This document shows, in pieces, positions 62,701 to 64,000 of a DNA stretch of 64,000 nucleotides. This DNA comes from Paraphysomonas bandaiensis (taxonomy: Eukaryota > Protista > Chrysophyceae): NCBI GenBank assembly GCA_965644295.1, contig CBFFRP010000400.1:62001-126000 (forward strand), in the 5' to 3' direction. Both the position numbers and the translations under genes were made by a program. The notes beneath the pieces were generated by a model. That model saw only the letters and a list, made by a program, of their open reading frames with translations, did not search any database and was not told the origin of the DNA. The stretch's first letter is position 1. Every line of letters starts with the position of its first letter.

Positions 62701-64000
62701 TATGCCCTCACCGACAAGTACAACTACCCCTACTCAGAAGAGGAGCAGGAGATCGAGTTTGTCAGTGGATGCCTCACCGTCGTCTCCTGGAATTAGCCCA
62801 TTTCAGAAAAGCTATTCACAAGGCTATGACACTTCCCCTATAGTGTCCACTGATTCTCTGAAACAGTCACCTGGTAATTCGCAACCGTTTTCGTCCCCGC
62901 AGTTTTCTCGCCGTCGCTCTATGGGGTCTTTTCTAGATACTTCACGTAAGAGCTCTACGGAAGAACCCGCGCAAAAAATATTGAATGTTGATGGACGAAT
63001 TATATCGGTAACGCACGCGCCTGTTGAGCACACACCTGGATTGGGTGTGGCGACTATTCTGTGTCAAACAGACTGGGCAACGCTTCCCCCTTTTGCTGTA
63101 AAGCAGTTTTCACAGGCCAGAAATATTTTAGTGGACAAAGTAACGAAGCTACGTTTGTCCTGGGGGTGCTCAGAAGGAGCTGCTGAAGAAGGGAAATATG
63201 GAAATATATCGCTAGCACACATTGACATTAAATTGCTGAATGTTTGCTTAGCTGATGTCCGTCGAATTAATTTTTACACTCACCAAATGATGGTTGATTT
63301 TAATTTTTCGAAGGATGTTCAAGCATATATCAAGGTGGCCAAAATTTTGTTGTCATTAAGAAAAGCAGTTATTGACAATAATGTTGATGGTCTAGTACAA
63401 GAGCTGAAAAATATGAATTATCTCGGATGTTCGCGTATGATAGACACGTCCTTAACTGAATTTCCTTGTGTCGAAAAAGAGTTGGATTTATTTGAAAGAT
63501 TTGCATTCGAATGTGTTGCAGAGAAAACAGTTAGAAATGCAGTTAACTTACTATCATCATTGGAGTATGTGAATTCGAGTATCACTCGGCATCAAAATTT
63601 ACTTGCACTCAAAAACCTTGACAAAGCGGTGAAACCGAAAGGCAAATCCACTCAGAATTATCAACATTGTGTGCGAGTTGGTAGCTTCCTTCATCAAGCC
63701 CTTACAGCATCAGTTATGTGCAATCATATTCGAGTTAAACGTTGTGAAGCAGATATTTTATCCTATTTGCATGAACCGGAAAGTCCTTTGGGTGATCTAG
63801 TTGTTACAGTTGGCAAAGTTTTGGTTATATTATTCAATAGTGCAGTAGTTAGAACTGAAACTCTTCAAGGTTCATCCCCTGGAATATCTGATGTTCATGA
63901 TTTTAGAGGTAATGATATCACATCTATAGTATCGGCGCGGCGTCGATCTGTTTTGGGCCAGCAAAAGAATGTTCCGTTAGCATCTACGTTTGGAGGATTT
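47704..64000 (+). CDS. Giant myosin heavy chain (at least 5,417 aa; 3' end outside the window); exon 1 47704-49077, exon 2 49124 to beyond 64000
   Basis: SH3-like N-terminus, GESGAGKT, NNNSSRFGK, DIFGFE|NSFEQLCINLANE, YIRCIKPN, GYPFR, VGRTMVFYR, one IQ-like motif LQRNLRGYVAR. The exon-2 frame is open at every point I read and no ORF ending in that frame appears in the track. Confidence 0.93.

Noticed and set aside
49139-63033. Minus-strand ORFs up to 264 aa over the myosin gene
   Set aside because: Antisense shadows of a long coding exon with no recognisable motifs.
1-64000. tRNA, rRNA, snRNA genes or an endogenous virus block
   Set aside because: No recognisable signatures. Apart from the ankyrin-like gene there are no viral hallmark genes, and its neighbours are ordinary intron-rich host genes.

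Overview
Gene-dense, AT-rich eukaryotic nuclear DNA with mostly short (about 45-110 nt) GT-AG introns. Gene content and transposon relics suggest a stramenopile protist, possibly chrysophyte-like (inference, not verified). I can reconstruct about 17 protein-coding genes, 14 of them in seven head-to-head pairs: an EF-hand protein, acyl-CoA dehydrogenase, a TBC-like protein, a mitochondrion-targeted cold-shock protein, an intronless F-box/ankyrin-like gene with hierarchical 87/261/957-bp repeats, an SH3BGR-like protein missed by the ORF track, a membrane-anchored CDPK, an ELAV-like RRM protein, a zinc-less sirtuin, a Crypton-like ORF lacking its recombinase core, an OST-alpha/TMEM184 protein, a PSMD5-like protein, an ING protein, a CCHC + degenerate Nudix ORF, a J-like/histidine phosphatase/PX-like fusion, an SDR reductase and a myosin. 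The most striking feature is that myosin (47704 to beyond 64000). Its second exon is an uninterrupted frame of at least 14.9 kb that the ORF track does not list, giving a protein of more than 5,400 aa whose tail is built from about 25-30 copies of a divergent helical repeat I cannot assign to a named family. Intergenic DNA holds hAT relics, MITE-like repeats, long (CATA)n tracts and two GC-rich foldable islands. No rRNA, tRNA or CRISPR array was seen. All translations and alignments were done by eye.
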